In this document: positions 47,494 through 56,544 of the stretch, in pieces
Layout: every line of letters begins with the position of its first letter
Position numbering within the stretch: the first letter of the stretch is position 1
NCBI GenBank assembly: GCA_044508635.1
Contig: JBIQHI010000004.1
Coordinates: 5,476 to 69,475, forward strand
DNA length: 64,000 nucleotides
Origin: Planctomycetaceae bacterium
Lineage (GTDB): Bacteria; Planctomycetota; Phycisphaerae; Phycisphaerales; SM1A02
Direction of reading: 5' to 3'
The notes under the pieces: model-generated
Told to the model about the DNA's origin: nothing
Seen by the model: the letters and a program-made list of their open reading frames with translations, nothing else
Database searches by the model: none
Made by a program: the position numbers and the translations under genes

Positions 47494-48177
47494 ATGGGTC
47501 TGACATCACACCAGCCACGCGTGCTGATCACTGCTGGTCCGACGCATGAGCCACTTGATGCCGTGCGGTACATCGGCAATCGCTCGTCGGGCCGCATGGG
47601 CATCGCGCTGGCGAACGCATCGCTTCGCCGCGGCTGGCCGACCACCCTGCTGCTCGGTCCCGTGACCGCCGACCCCGCTCCCTTTCCGCAGGAACACGTG
47701 CTGCGGTTCCGCACCGCCGCCGAGCTGCAGGCGTTGCTCCGAGAGCGATGGGCCGAGCATGATGTGCTGATCATGGCGGCGGCTGTGGCGGATTGGCAGC
47801 CTTCGAAGCCGCTTGCGGGAGGGAAACTGCGTCGCGACGGAGCGCTCACGCTGGAGCTTGCGCCAACGCCGGACGTGCTGCAAGGCATCGCAGCGACGGC
47901 GCGGCCGGATCAACTGCTCATCGGCTTTGCGCTGGAGCCGGCCGATGAACTGGACGCCAGCGCGAAACGCAAACTGGCCCAGAAGCAAGTGGACGCCATC
48001 GTCGCCAACCCGCTCGAGACAATGGATGCGGCGACCATCGACGCGCGGCTGTACATGCGCGATGGGTCGGTGCGATCGCCGGCGAAGCGAATGCACAAGA
48101 CCGAGTTCGCGGCGTGGCTCCTCGATGAGGTGGCGCGAATGCACGCAGCGAAGATGGTGGCGGGGAAGCGCGACTGA
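47494..48177 (+). CDS. coaB: phosphopantothenate--cysteine ligase (stand-alone CoaB domain)
   Basis: The ATG at 47494 gives MGLTSHQPRVLITAGPTHEPLDAVRYIGNRSSGRMG, a DFP/CoaB signature. The protein is 227 aa with no CoaC flavoprotein half attached. Confidence 0.85.
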   Translation: MGLTSHQPRVLITAGPTHEPLDAVRYIGNRSSGRMGIALANASLRRGWPTTLLLGPVTADPAPFPQEHVLRFRTAAELQALLRERWAEHDVLIMAAAVADWQPSKPLAGGKLRRDGALTLELAPTPDVLQGIAATARPDQLLIGFALEPADELDASAKRKLAQKQVDAIVANPLETMDAATIDARLYMRDGSVRSPAKRMHKTEFAAWLLDEVARMHAAKMVAGKRD

Positions 48178-48302
48178 CCCGCGTCTTCCTCGAAGACTCG
48201 TCTGACGCGGCTTCCCGCAGCGCAGCCTTGAGCCGCGACGACTTCCCTGTCACGGCTTCCCGCAAGCGCCTTCAGTCACGACCACTCACCATTCGCGTCG
48301 GC

Positions 48303-51300
48303 CTATTTGTCCTCCTCGCGGATGCCCATGCCGGCGCGGTCGGGGTCGGCGGGGCGCTTGGGCGGCGTGTACGGATGCGCTTCGATCTCTTCGAGCATGA
48401 CTTCGATGGCGCGATCGAGCTGCGGATCGCCGCCGTTCTGCATCTTGGCGGGATCGTCGAGCACTTCGATGTCGGGATCGACGCCGTGGCCTTCAACGCC
48501 CCACGTGCCGTCGGTTTCATAGAAGCCGAAGGTCGGCACGGTGACGACGGCGCCGTCGATGAGCTGCGGGTTGCCGGAGATGCCGACGAGACCGCCCCAC
48601 GTGCGCATGCCGATCACCTTGCCGAGTTTGTTGTGCTTGAAGAGCCAGGGGAACATGTCGCCGCCGGAACCTGATGGTCCGTTGATGAGCATGCACTTCG
48701 GTCCATGGTGCGCATCGGTCGGCCACGGCCAGTCCTTGCCGTCGCGCCGCGCCCAGTAGTTCGTGATGGGCCGATTGAGCAGTTCGATGAAGCGCGTGGG
48801 AATCTGCCCGCCGCCGTTCCAGCGTTCATCGATGATGAGCGCCTTCTTGTGCGTCTGGCCAAAGAACTGGCGATAGAGATTGTTCTGGCCGTTGACGCCG
48901 GTGTCGGGGACGTGGATGTAGCCAACTTGGCCGTCCGTCTTCTCTTCGACATAGGCGCGGTTCTTTTCGATCCACGCGCGGTAGCGAAGGTTCTGCTCGC
49001 TGCCCATCGGCTTGATGATCACATCGCGAGCCTTTTCATCGCGTGTCGGATTTTCGCTCACGGTGATCGTGATGGTGCGGCCGGCGAGACCGATGAACGC
49101 CGCCCACGGATCCTTCGACGTGTCCACGTCGATGCCGTTGACCGCGAGCAGGTAGTCGCCTTCCTTCACGTCGACGCCGGGCTCGTTGAGCGGGTTGCGG
49201 GCGTCGATATCCCACGGGGCGCCCTGCACGATGCGAGCGATGCGGTAGGCGCCGTTCTCGAGCGTGAAATCGACGCCGAGCATGCCGACGCTGATTGAGG
49301 GCGCATCTTCCACGTCTCCGCCGAAGTAGTACGCGTGGCCGATGTTCAGCTCGGAGATCATCTCGCTGATGATGTAGCCGACGTCCTCGCGGCTGGCGGC
49401 GTCGTCGAGCATGGCGAGGTATTGCCCCTTCACCTTGGGCCAGTCCACGCCGTGCATGTTCTCGACGTAGAAGAAATCGCGCTCCAGGCGCCACGCTTCG
49501 GTGACAAGCTGCTTCCACTCCACGCGAGGATCGATGCGCACCATCATGCCGCTGGTGGGCACGGTTTCGGGCGAGCTTCCAGCCGAGGCGTTTTGGATGG
49601 ACGCCGAGCCGCCGCGAATAACGAGAATCTTCTTGCCATCGGCGGACATTTCGAACGCGCCGCCGCCCGCCACCACGGTCTTCTCTTCCTTCTTGTCGTC
49701 GTTCAGATCGAAGAGCATGATCGCGCCGGGACCATCGCGACCGGCCCGCATGTAGAGCAACTGGCTGCTGTCGTTGCACACCAGGTTGCCGAAGTTGCCG
49801 CGCGGCACGGGGAGCTGCATGAGGCGCAGCTCGAAGCCTTCGAGATCAATCTTGACGGTCTCGGCTGGCTTGTCGTCTTTCTTGTCGCCATCCTTGCTGG
49901 CGGAAGCGGCGGCGGTGCGCTTGCCGGTGAGTTCCGCGGTCGTGCCTTCGATGGTGATGGACATCGTGACGTTGAGACCGGCGAGCGTGCCGGTGAACGT
50001 GCCTTCGCCGCCAGTATCGATGGACACGGTGCCGGAGATCGCGCCGCTGGCTTTGTCATACGTGCCGTTCAGCGTGGCGGAACCGATGGGCACGGTGATG
50101 GTGCCGGAGAGCGTCTTGCCGTCGGATGCGAGCGTGAGCTGCATGACGAAGGTGAGTCCCGGCGGAATTTCGGGATGGGCAATGGTGCCTTCCCACGTGC
50201 CGGAGACGCCATCATCGGGCGCGGGCGTTTCGTCGCCGCCATCGTCCTTTTCGTCGTCGCCGTTGTCGTCATCGGCGTCACCGTTGCCGTCGCCGTTTTC
50301 ATCGTCGGCGTTGTCGTCCTTGGCCTTGTCCTCCGCGGCGTTGTCGGATTTCTCCGCTTCGCCGTTCCTGGCCTTGTCTTCCTCTTTCTTCTCGTCCTTC
50401 TTCCATTCCTCTTCATCGCTCTTCTCGAGGTACGGCGACTTCACATCCTCACGAAGCGGCGCCGCGACGAGCACCTGGCTGCGGTCGTAGATGTACGTCG
50501 AATCGATGTCGGAATAGCTCGGCGCAAACGAGCGTGACGATGCGAAGAACAGGAAATCGCCCTTGCGATCAAACGCCGGTGAAGCGTCATCGAAGAAGCC
50601 GCTCGTCACTTTGTGCGATTGACCGGCCTCGATGTCGTACAGGTAAATGGCGTGCATCGGGCTTTCGTCGCTGGTGCGTGAATAGGCAATCCAGCGGCTG
50701 TCGTGCGAGAACGAAAACCCGCCCGGCGCGTTCCAGGGATCCTGGTCGATCTGCTTCGTGACGCCGTCCGCATCATCCGACGACAGCGTGTGCAGCCAGA
50801 ACTTGCCGGCCTTGTCGCCGAAGAGAATGTGCTTCGAGTCGGGCGACCACATGAGCATCGTGAAGAAGGTCTTGTTGCCTTCGGTGAGCTGCTTCGTCTC
50901 GCCCTTGCCGTCCGATTGCGTGATGTAAAGTTCGTACTCGCCGGTTTCGTCGGAGAAGTACGCAATCCACTTGCCGTCCGGGCTCCACGTGGGATCGCGT
51001 TCCGCGGCGCCGTTGGTGCGTGTGAGATTGCGCGGCGAACCTTTCTTGGCCGGCAGCGTCCACACGTCGCCACGCGCCGAGACGACGGCACGCTTGCCGG
51101 TGGGCGAAATGTGCCACCAGTCGATAAAGTCCGAGGCGTCGACCATCTTCGGCGCAATCGTCGGACGCGCGCCGGGAATCGTCACGTTGAGTTGCTTCGT
51201 CGAGTTGGTGCGCAGGTCAAGCAGGTAAAGCGACGAGCCGTTCTGGAACACGATTTCGCCCTGACCGTTCGCGCCGGGGCCGATCGACGGGAACTTGACG

Positions 51301-52124
51301 TCGTACTCGCTGAACCGCGTGACCTGCTCGGATTTTCCGCTGGCGAGTTCATACTTCCAGATGTTGAGCCGATGCTCGGGACCGGCGTCGCTCTGGTAGT
51401 ACAGCGTGTTGCCGTGCCACATCGGGAAGGAATCGGTGCCTTCCCACGTGGTGGCGCGCTTCGATGTGTGATCCTTCAGGTTGAAGAGCCAGATGTCGCT
51501 GGCGAGCCCGCCGCGGTAACGCTTCCACGTGCGGAAGTCATGGTTGTGCGGCGTGTAGGCGAGCCACGTGCCATCGGGGCTGATGGCGCCGGCAGCGCCG
51601 TACGGCACGGGAATCTGCTCCGGCATGCCGCCGTCCTTGCTCACCAGGAAGAGTTGCTGCTGCCTCGCCTGTCCCGAGAGGCCGTTCATGGCGAAAAGGA
51701 GCCGGCCGTCGGGCGACCAGTCGCACATGATTTCCTGCGACGGGTGATGCGTGACGCGCTCGGGAATGCCGCCGGTGATCGGGAGCGTGTAGAGATCCAT
51801 GTTGCCTTCGTAGTTGCCCATGAAGGCGATGGTCTGGCCGTCGGCGCTGAACCGAGGGAACACTTCGCCGCCGGGCGGACTGGCGAGCGGCACGGCCTGG
51901 CCGCCTTCGCGCGGCACGATCCACAGATCGTTCGCATACGCAAAGACCACGTGCGTTTTGCTCACATCGGGATAGCGCATCATCCCGCCGTGCGGCACGA
52001 TGTTGGCGTTGTCGTCCTGCGCCCGCGCGCTGGTGGGCGCCAGCGTGATCGCGCCGAATATTGCCGCGGCGAGCGAAAGTCCAAGGCTGGTCGTGTGCGT
52101 TCCGCGCTTGCGAAGAACGTGCAT
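48303..52124 (-). CDS. secreted tricorn-like protease (S41 family; beta-propellers + PDZ + S41 domain)
   Basis: The ATG at 52124 gives the signal-like MHVLRKRGTHTTSLGLSLAAAIFGAITLAPTSARAQ. An alternative ATG at 52226 overlaps the upstream stop as ATGA. TolB/PD40-like blades are present (SPDGTWLAY, SPDGKWIAYFSD, SHDSRWIAYSR), as are a PDZ-like segment (GDYLLAVNG) and the S41-type C-terminus (LINGPSGSGGDMF). Confidence 0.85.
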   Translation of the reverse strand: MHVLRKRGTHTTSLGLSLAAAIFGAITLAPTSARAQDDNANIVPHGGMMRYPDVSKTHVVFAYANDLWIVPREGGQAVPLASPPGGEVFPRFSADGQTIAFMGNYEGNMDLYTLPITGGIPERVTHHPSQEIMCDWSPDGRLLFAMNGLSGQARQQQLFLVSKDGGMPEQIPVPYGAAGAISPDGTWLAYTPHNHDFRTWKRYRGGLASDIWLFNLKDHTSKRATTWEGTDSFPMWHGNTLYYQSDAGPEHRLNIWKYELASGKSEQVTRFSEYDVKFPSIGPGANGQGEIVFQNGSSLYLLDLRTNSTKQLNVTIPGARPTIAPKMVDASDFIDWWHISPTGKRAVVSARGDVWTLPAKKGSPRNLTRTNGAAERDPTWSPDGKWIAYFSDETGEYELYITQSDGKGETKQLTEGNKTFFTMLMWSPDSKHILFGDKAGKFWLHTLSSDDADGVTKQIDQDPWNAPGGFSFSHDSRWIAYSRTSDESPMHAIYLYDIEAGQSHKVTSGFFDDASPAFDRKGDFLFFASSRSFAPSYSDIDSTYIYDRSQVLVAAPLREDVKSPYLEKSDEEEWKKDEKKEEDKARNGEAEKSDNAAEDKAKDDNADDENGDGNGDADDDNGDDEKDDGGDETPAPDDGVSGTWEGTIAHPEIPPGLTFVMQLTLASDGKTLSGTITVPIGSATLNGTYDKASGAISGTVSIDTGGEGTFTGTLAGLNVTMSITIEGTTAELTGKRTAAASASKDGDKKDDKPAETVKIDLEGFELRLMQLPVPRGNFGNLVCNDSSQLLYMRAGRDGPGAIMLFDLNDDKKEEKTVVAGGGAFEMSADGKKILVIRGGSASIQNASAGSSPETVPTSGMMVRIDPRVEWKQLVTEAWRLERDFFYVENMHGVDWPKVKGQYLAMLDDAASREDVGYIISEMISELNIGHAYYFGGDVEDAPSISVGMLGVDFTLENGAYRIARIVQGAPWDIDARNPLNEPGVDVKEGDYLLAVNGIDVDTSKDPWAAFIGLAGRTITITVSENPTRDEKARDVIIKPMGSEQNLRYRAWIEKNRAYVEEKTDGQVGYIHVPDTGVNGQNNLYRQFFGQTHKKALIIDERWNGGGQIPTRFIELLNRPITNYWARRDGKDWPWPTDAHHGPKCMLINGPSGSGGDMFPWLFKHNKLGKVIGMRTWGGLVGISGNPQLIDGAVVTVPTFGFYETDGTWGVEGHGVDPDIEVLDDPAKMQNGGDPQLDRAIEVMLEEIEAHPYTPPKRPADPDRAGMGIREEDK

Positions 52125-52222
52125 TCGTGCTGCTCCTGATGTTGAACGTGTGGCCATGGTCGCAAAACTCTCTGTGGTGTGCGTCTGCGCGGGAACCGCG
52201 TGCGTGTTGCCAATCGTGAATG

Positions 52223-54001
52223 TCATTTCGCTGGATCGGGGACGGTGAGCGGCGTTTCCGCAAGTTCAATGGTGCGCTTGATCGTGCCGCCCTTTTCGCT
52301 GCTATATGTCAATGTCACGGAACCGTTGCCCGCGACGAGGAAGTGAAAGATCGTGCTGTCGCGCGAGCCGATGCCGCGACCATTCCAGATACGCTCCGGC
52401 TTCGGCGTGTCTTCCGCGTCCATCTGCTCCCAAGGGAAGAAACTGTCGACGCGGCCGGAGGCCACGACCTTCGCGCCTTCCGACGCGGCGCAGTCCAGGA
52501 AATCGCGACGGCCGATTCCTTTCTGCGCCGCGAGCTGCAGGATGGTCGGAATGATCTTCGGGTTGCGCACTTCGACGGAGACTTCCCACGTTCCGCCCGC
52601 AAGCTGCTTCACTTGCCACGCCCCCCATTCGACCTTCGGCATCTGGTCTGCGTGGTACATCGTGAACGCAAAGTTGCGGTGGCATTCCTCTTCCATGAGC
52701 CACGGCGGGGTGACGCGGCTGGCATACTTCTTCTGCCCGCCCACGAGGATCTTGCCGTACGTCGGGTGATCGAACTCCTTGTACGGCACGCGCGTGTCTT
52801 CAAACTGCAGAAGGTCCTCGAACCGACGCTGATGCTCGCGGCTGGTGGCCTCGGCGTTGCTGAACATCTGGGAATCGGACCACAGTTCGTTGGTGAACGC
52901 GAGAATGCCGAGGCCCTCATAGGCCCAATTCACTTCGCCGCCGTGCACCACGTAGAGGTCCTTCCAGATGATCATGTAGTTGTAAAAAGGAAGGAGGTTG
53001 GCGCCCTGCTGGCCGATGGCGTCGTAGACGCGGTTGTCGCCGCCGGGGTAGTTCACGTAATTCGCGCCGGGGCCGCGGAGGATCATGCCGCCCGCATTGT
53101 GATAGCTTTGCAAGCCGGCGATGTTGGGATGCGTGAAGAGGAATTCGCCTAAAGCGCGCGTTTCGGGCAGTGAGAACGGGTAGTCGCCCGCGCCCCCCTG
53201 CACGTGATCCGGCTGCCAGTCGCTGGGCCAGTCGCGATTGGGGTCGTACCCGCCGGGCCCGTCTTCGTTCACATCGCCATCGCCGTCGTTGTCGAGTCCT
53301 TCCTGGCCGAGAAACGTCCAGCCGCCGGGCGGATCATCGGGGCCGACGCGCGTGAAGAAGCGGTCGTCATCTGGATCACGCTTCCACCGACCGAGCGCAT
53401 CTTCCTTCCACATCGTGGTGATGTGGCCGTCGCCGTCCAGATCATCGGGCGGATCTTCGTCATAGAGGCCGTCGTGATCGTTGTCGGTCGGCCGAATGCC
53501 GCCGCGAAGTGAATGCGGCGTGGCCGGCTCGTGGAACCAGTAGTCGCGACCGTCCGGGTTCTCCATTGGCAGGAAGTAGAACGCACGCTCGTCGACGAGC
53601 TTCGTCAGCTTGTCGATGTGCCCGTAGCTCTTCGTGAGATACCAGATGGAATAGAGCACGACCTCGGAGGCCTGAATTTCGTTGCCGTGGATGTTGCCAT
53701 CAATGAACATCGCGGCTTTGCTGGTGTCCGGCCCCGTCTTCGGATTGTTGAGCGTGACGAGCCAGAGATCGCGGCCGCCGATGCTCTTGCCGATTGACTG
53801 AATCGTCAACAGCTCGGGGTATGCGTCCACCAGGTCATGCAGCGCTTTGGTCATCTCCGCGTAGTCATACCAGTGATTGAACTGCAGGTTGACTTTGCTT
53901 GGATATGGCGCTTGCGCGTGGGTTGGCGCTGCGAGGAAGAGTGACAGCGCCATCAGCATCGCGTTCACCACGGCGCTGAAGCTGCGATTGGCTTGGTTCA
54001 T
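52223..54001 (-). CDS. secreted M14-family zinc carboxypeptidase
   Basis: The ATG at 54001 (ATGA overlap) gives MNQANRSFSAVVNAMLMALSLFLAAPTHAQA. The zinc motif FIDGNIHGNEIQASE (HxxE) lies at 53678..53689. Confidence 0.85.
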   Translation of the reverse strand: MNQANRSFSAVVNAMLMALSLFLAAPTHAQAPYPSKVNLQFNHWYDYAEMTKALHDLVDAYPELLTIQSIGKSIGGRDLWLVTLNNPKTGPDTSKAAMFIDGNIHGNEIQASEVVLYSIWYLTKSYGHIDKLTKLVDERAFYFLPMENPDGRDYWFHEPATPHSLRGGIRPTDNDHDGLYDEDPPDDLDGDGHITTMWKEDALGRWKRDPDDDRFFTRVGPDDPPGGWTFLGQEGLDNDGDGDVNEDGPGGYDPNRDWPSDWQPDHVQGGAGDYPFSLPETRALGEFLFTHPNIAGLQSYHNAGGMILRGPGANYVNYPGGDNRVYDAIGQQGANLLPFYNYMIIWKDLYVVHGGEVNWAYEGLGILAFTNELWSDSQMFSNAEATSREHQRRFEDLLQFEDTRVPYKEFDHPTYGKILVGGQKKYASRVTPPWLMEEECHRNFAFTMYHADQMPKVEWGAWQVKQLAGGTWEVSVEVRNPKIIPTILQLAAQKGIGRRDFLDCAASEGAKVVASGRVDSFFPWEQMDAEDTPKPERIWNGRGIGSRDSTIFHFLVAGNGSVTLTYSSEKGGTIKRTIELAETPLTVPDPAK

Positions 54002-56004
54002 GGTTGCACCTCGCCTTCGTTTGCCGTCGGCAGGTTGATGGTCTTGCGAGCCTCGCCGAACTTCTCGCTGAAGAGCACGACGTCGATGACGGCGCCCTCG
54101 TCCGCAAGGACGATCCACCGCGCCTCTTCTCGTCCGCCGCTGCCGGGGATGGACCAGAATTTCTGCACGCGCTGGCCGCTCACGATCTTCTCGTTCGGCA
54201 CATCGATGCGCAGGACGTAGGGCCGTCCTTTGCGGTTGCGCACAGCCATCGCGGTGCCCGTGGGGAAGTAGCCGTCATTCGTCACCGCGAGCTTGATCTC
54301 GTACACGCCCGCGCTCAACCGCTTCACCTCCGGCTCGCCGATCGACACATTCGGCAAGCGTCCGAGCAGATCGAGCACGAACTCCGTTTGCTTGGCGGCA
54401 ATGGCGTCCACCTCGCTCGCCGGCGGATTGAGCTTGAAATACGGAACCCACCCGCCAACTTCAACCTTGCCGAAATCTGGATGCTCAATCTCCGTCCACG
54501 GCACGAAGCCCTCGCCGCCGCGCACATCGTCGGAATACTTCAGCCATGCGATGTCGTCTTCATTCGCGCCGCCGCCTTTCTTCCCCGCCGGCGACGAACG
54601 GCCGCCGCCATCCTTCTTCACGCGCCGAATCTTCACGTTCATCATCGCGGCGAACTGCTCGACATCCGCGGGCGTGATCTGCGCCCTCATTTCGTCCGTC
54701 ACGGTGATGCCGGCGGCGGTTGCGGCGGCTTCGAGTTCATCCAGCGTTTCCTGGCTGATGTCGCCGACGCCTGATGGTGTGAGTTGTCCTTCGTCGTCGC
54801 CGGCAGGTTTCGCGCCGGCATCGCGCTTGTCGCTGCTCTTGCCGCCCTCCGCTTCCGGCCGCGTCCACAGCGGCGTGGTGAATGACGGGATGCCGAATTG
54901 CGCGTACGCCCATTCGTAGAACGCGCCGCCCGCCGACTCGCTCGGCACGTTCTTGAGGCCCGTGATCTCCTTGAATCGCTCGCCGATGAACGTGTACAGG
55001 CCGACGTCGTTCTCATCGATGTTCTTCGGAGCGCCTGATGGCAACTGCCCCTTGCCGTCCGGCGTGCGCGAGAGGTTGTCGTGCACGCCGAAGGTCAGCG
55101 CTGCGGCGATGTTGGGATGCGCAAGGACGAATTCGATGAGCGCGAGCGATTCCGGCTCGGACAGCATGTACGGCCCGGCGCCGCTGCTGTGCTCGACATA
55201 GCCGTGCGGGAAATTGCGGTTGATGTCGACGCCGCCGACCCAGTCTTCGTTCACCTCGCCGTCGCCGTCGTCGTCGATGCCTTCCACCATGAGCGTAAAC
55301 GCAGCCCGCTCGCCCTTGTTGCGATCCGGTTTGACGTTGAGCCGAGGTTCTTCGGGGTCGGCCATCATGTCGGCTTTCGCAGGGTCGTACACGCGCATCA
55401 TCGTGATGAGCCCGTCGCCGTTCAGATCGAGCGGGTCATCCTCGTCGTACGCCGTGTCGCGATCGTCATCGACGGGTCGGAGGTTTCGGCGCCAGTCCAG
55501 CTTCGAGCCTTGGAAGTAGCGCTCCGCCGCGTCGGGATTGAGCCGCGGGACGATGTAAATGATGTGCTGTTCGAGCAACGTCTTCGCCGCATCGTCACCG
55601 CGTTCGTAGCGTTGCGTGAGATCGGCAGCGATGCCGATGGCGACATCGGTGCCGACAAGGTGATCGCCCTCAATGCCCGCGACGATGAGCAGCGCCGCAC
55701 GGCTGTCGGGATCGACGTCTCCTTCAGCGGCAACGCGTAGCGCTGCGATGTCGCGCTTCTCGACGCTCGTTCCGATTGTCGTCATCGCCACCGTGCCGCG
55801 ATGTTCGGAAGCGAGCGTGCGCATCGCTTCAGTGAGCTGCGCGTGGTTGCGATACTCGGTGAGCGTTGGAGCGTTTTCGGCAGCGAGCGCCGCTCGCGCA
55901 GGCGGCGAGGCGGACTCATCCTGCGCCCCGGCGGAGAATGGAAACGCGAGTGCGGCCGTGACACTCAAGAACCAGGCGGGCCGGACGAGCTTCGAGTCGT
56001 GCAT
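53998..56004 (-). CDS. secreted M14-like protein, paralogue of 52223..54001 with altered zinc-ligand motif
   Basis: The ATG at 56004 gives MHDSKLVRPAWFLSVTAALAFPFSAGAQ. The architecture matches the downstream M14, including DDDxD...NGDG and GIDDDGDGEVNED inserts. The HxxE position reads IEGDH (55660..55674). Confidence 0.75.
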   Translation of the reverse strand: MHDSKLVRPAWFLSVTAALAFPFSAGAQDESASPPARAALAAENAPTLTEYRNHAQLTEAMRTLASEHRGTVAMTTIGTSVEKRDIAALRVAAEGDVDPDSRAALLIVAGIEGDHLVGTDVAIGIAADLTQRYERGDDAAKTLLEQHIIYIVPRLNPDAAERYFQGSKLDWRRNLRPVDDDRDTAYDEDDPLDLNGDGLITMMRVYDPAKADMMADPEEPRLNVKPDRNKGERAAFTLMVEGIDDDGDGEVNEDWVGGVDINRNFPHGYVEHSSGAGPYMLSEPESLALIEFVLAHPNIAAALTFGVHDNLSRTPDGKGQLPSGAPKNIDENDVGLYTFIGERFKEITGLKNVPSESAGGAFYEWAYAQFGIPSFTTPLWTRPEAEGGKSSDKRDAGAKPAGDDEGQLTPSGVGDISQETLDELEAAATAAGITVTDEMRAQITPADVEQFAAMMNVKIRRVKKDGGGRSSPAGKKGGGANEDDIAWLKYSDDVRGGEGFVPWTEIEHPDFGKVEVGGWVPYFKLNPPASEVDAIAAKQTEFVLDLLGRLPNVSIGEPEVKRLSAGVYEIKLAVTNDGYFPTGTAMAVRNRKGRPYVLRIDVPNEKIVSGQRVQKFWSIPGSGGREEARWIVLADEGAVIDVVLFSEKFGEARKTINLPTANEGEVQP

Positions 56005-56544
56005 GTTCACCAGCCAGTGTTGGATGCGCGTGTGGTCCAGAACGTTACGGCAGAACATACGGCGAACCGCACCGCTCCGGCAACCTTTGAGCGATGAACG
56101 CGCCGCGATGCGGCAAGGCCCGCGCGATCGGGCGGCAAGAAGCGCGGCGCAAGCGGCGTTGTCACTGGCGTGATGGTGCGGATCGCAGCATTGATCCTCT
56201 GGGCAAGCCCGGAAGGTTCGTCAATGCCCCGCTGGGATGCTGGCGGACCGCCTCCCTGCCGCCCTTCATCGCGATTTCCTGCGTGGAAACGGGATTCTGA
56301 TTCAGCCGAGGCGGGAAAGATTCGACGAATGAAGGTGAGTGTGAGCACGCTTCTCGCGTTGGGGCGCGACCGGCGAGGCGTTATCCCATTCGTGTGCGTC
56401 AGGCACGCGCCGGCGCCTGGCGGCTGCGGAAAATCCGCAAATTCCTCGCTCGCATCGCCATTTCTCCTCTCCGGTAGAAGAGGCACGGTGACTAGAATCG
56501 GTTTCGTCGTCTGACATCAGGGTTTCGATCAGGAGCACGGATTC

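Noticed and set aside
56005-56544. The 540-bp divergent intergenic region between the M14-like operon and the zincin gene as a site of a hidden small gene or ncRNA
   Set aside because: The ORFs listed there (56007..56486, 56094..56300, 56170..56514) are low-complexity and lack start context. I saw no repeat or strong hairpin. It is probably just two divergent promoters and leaders.
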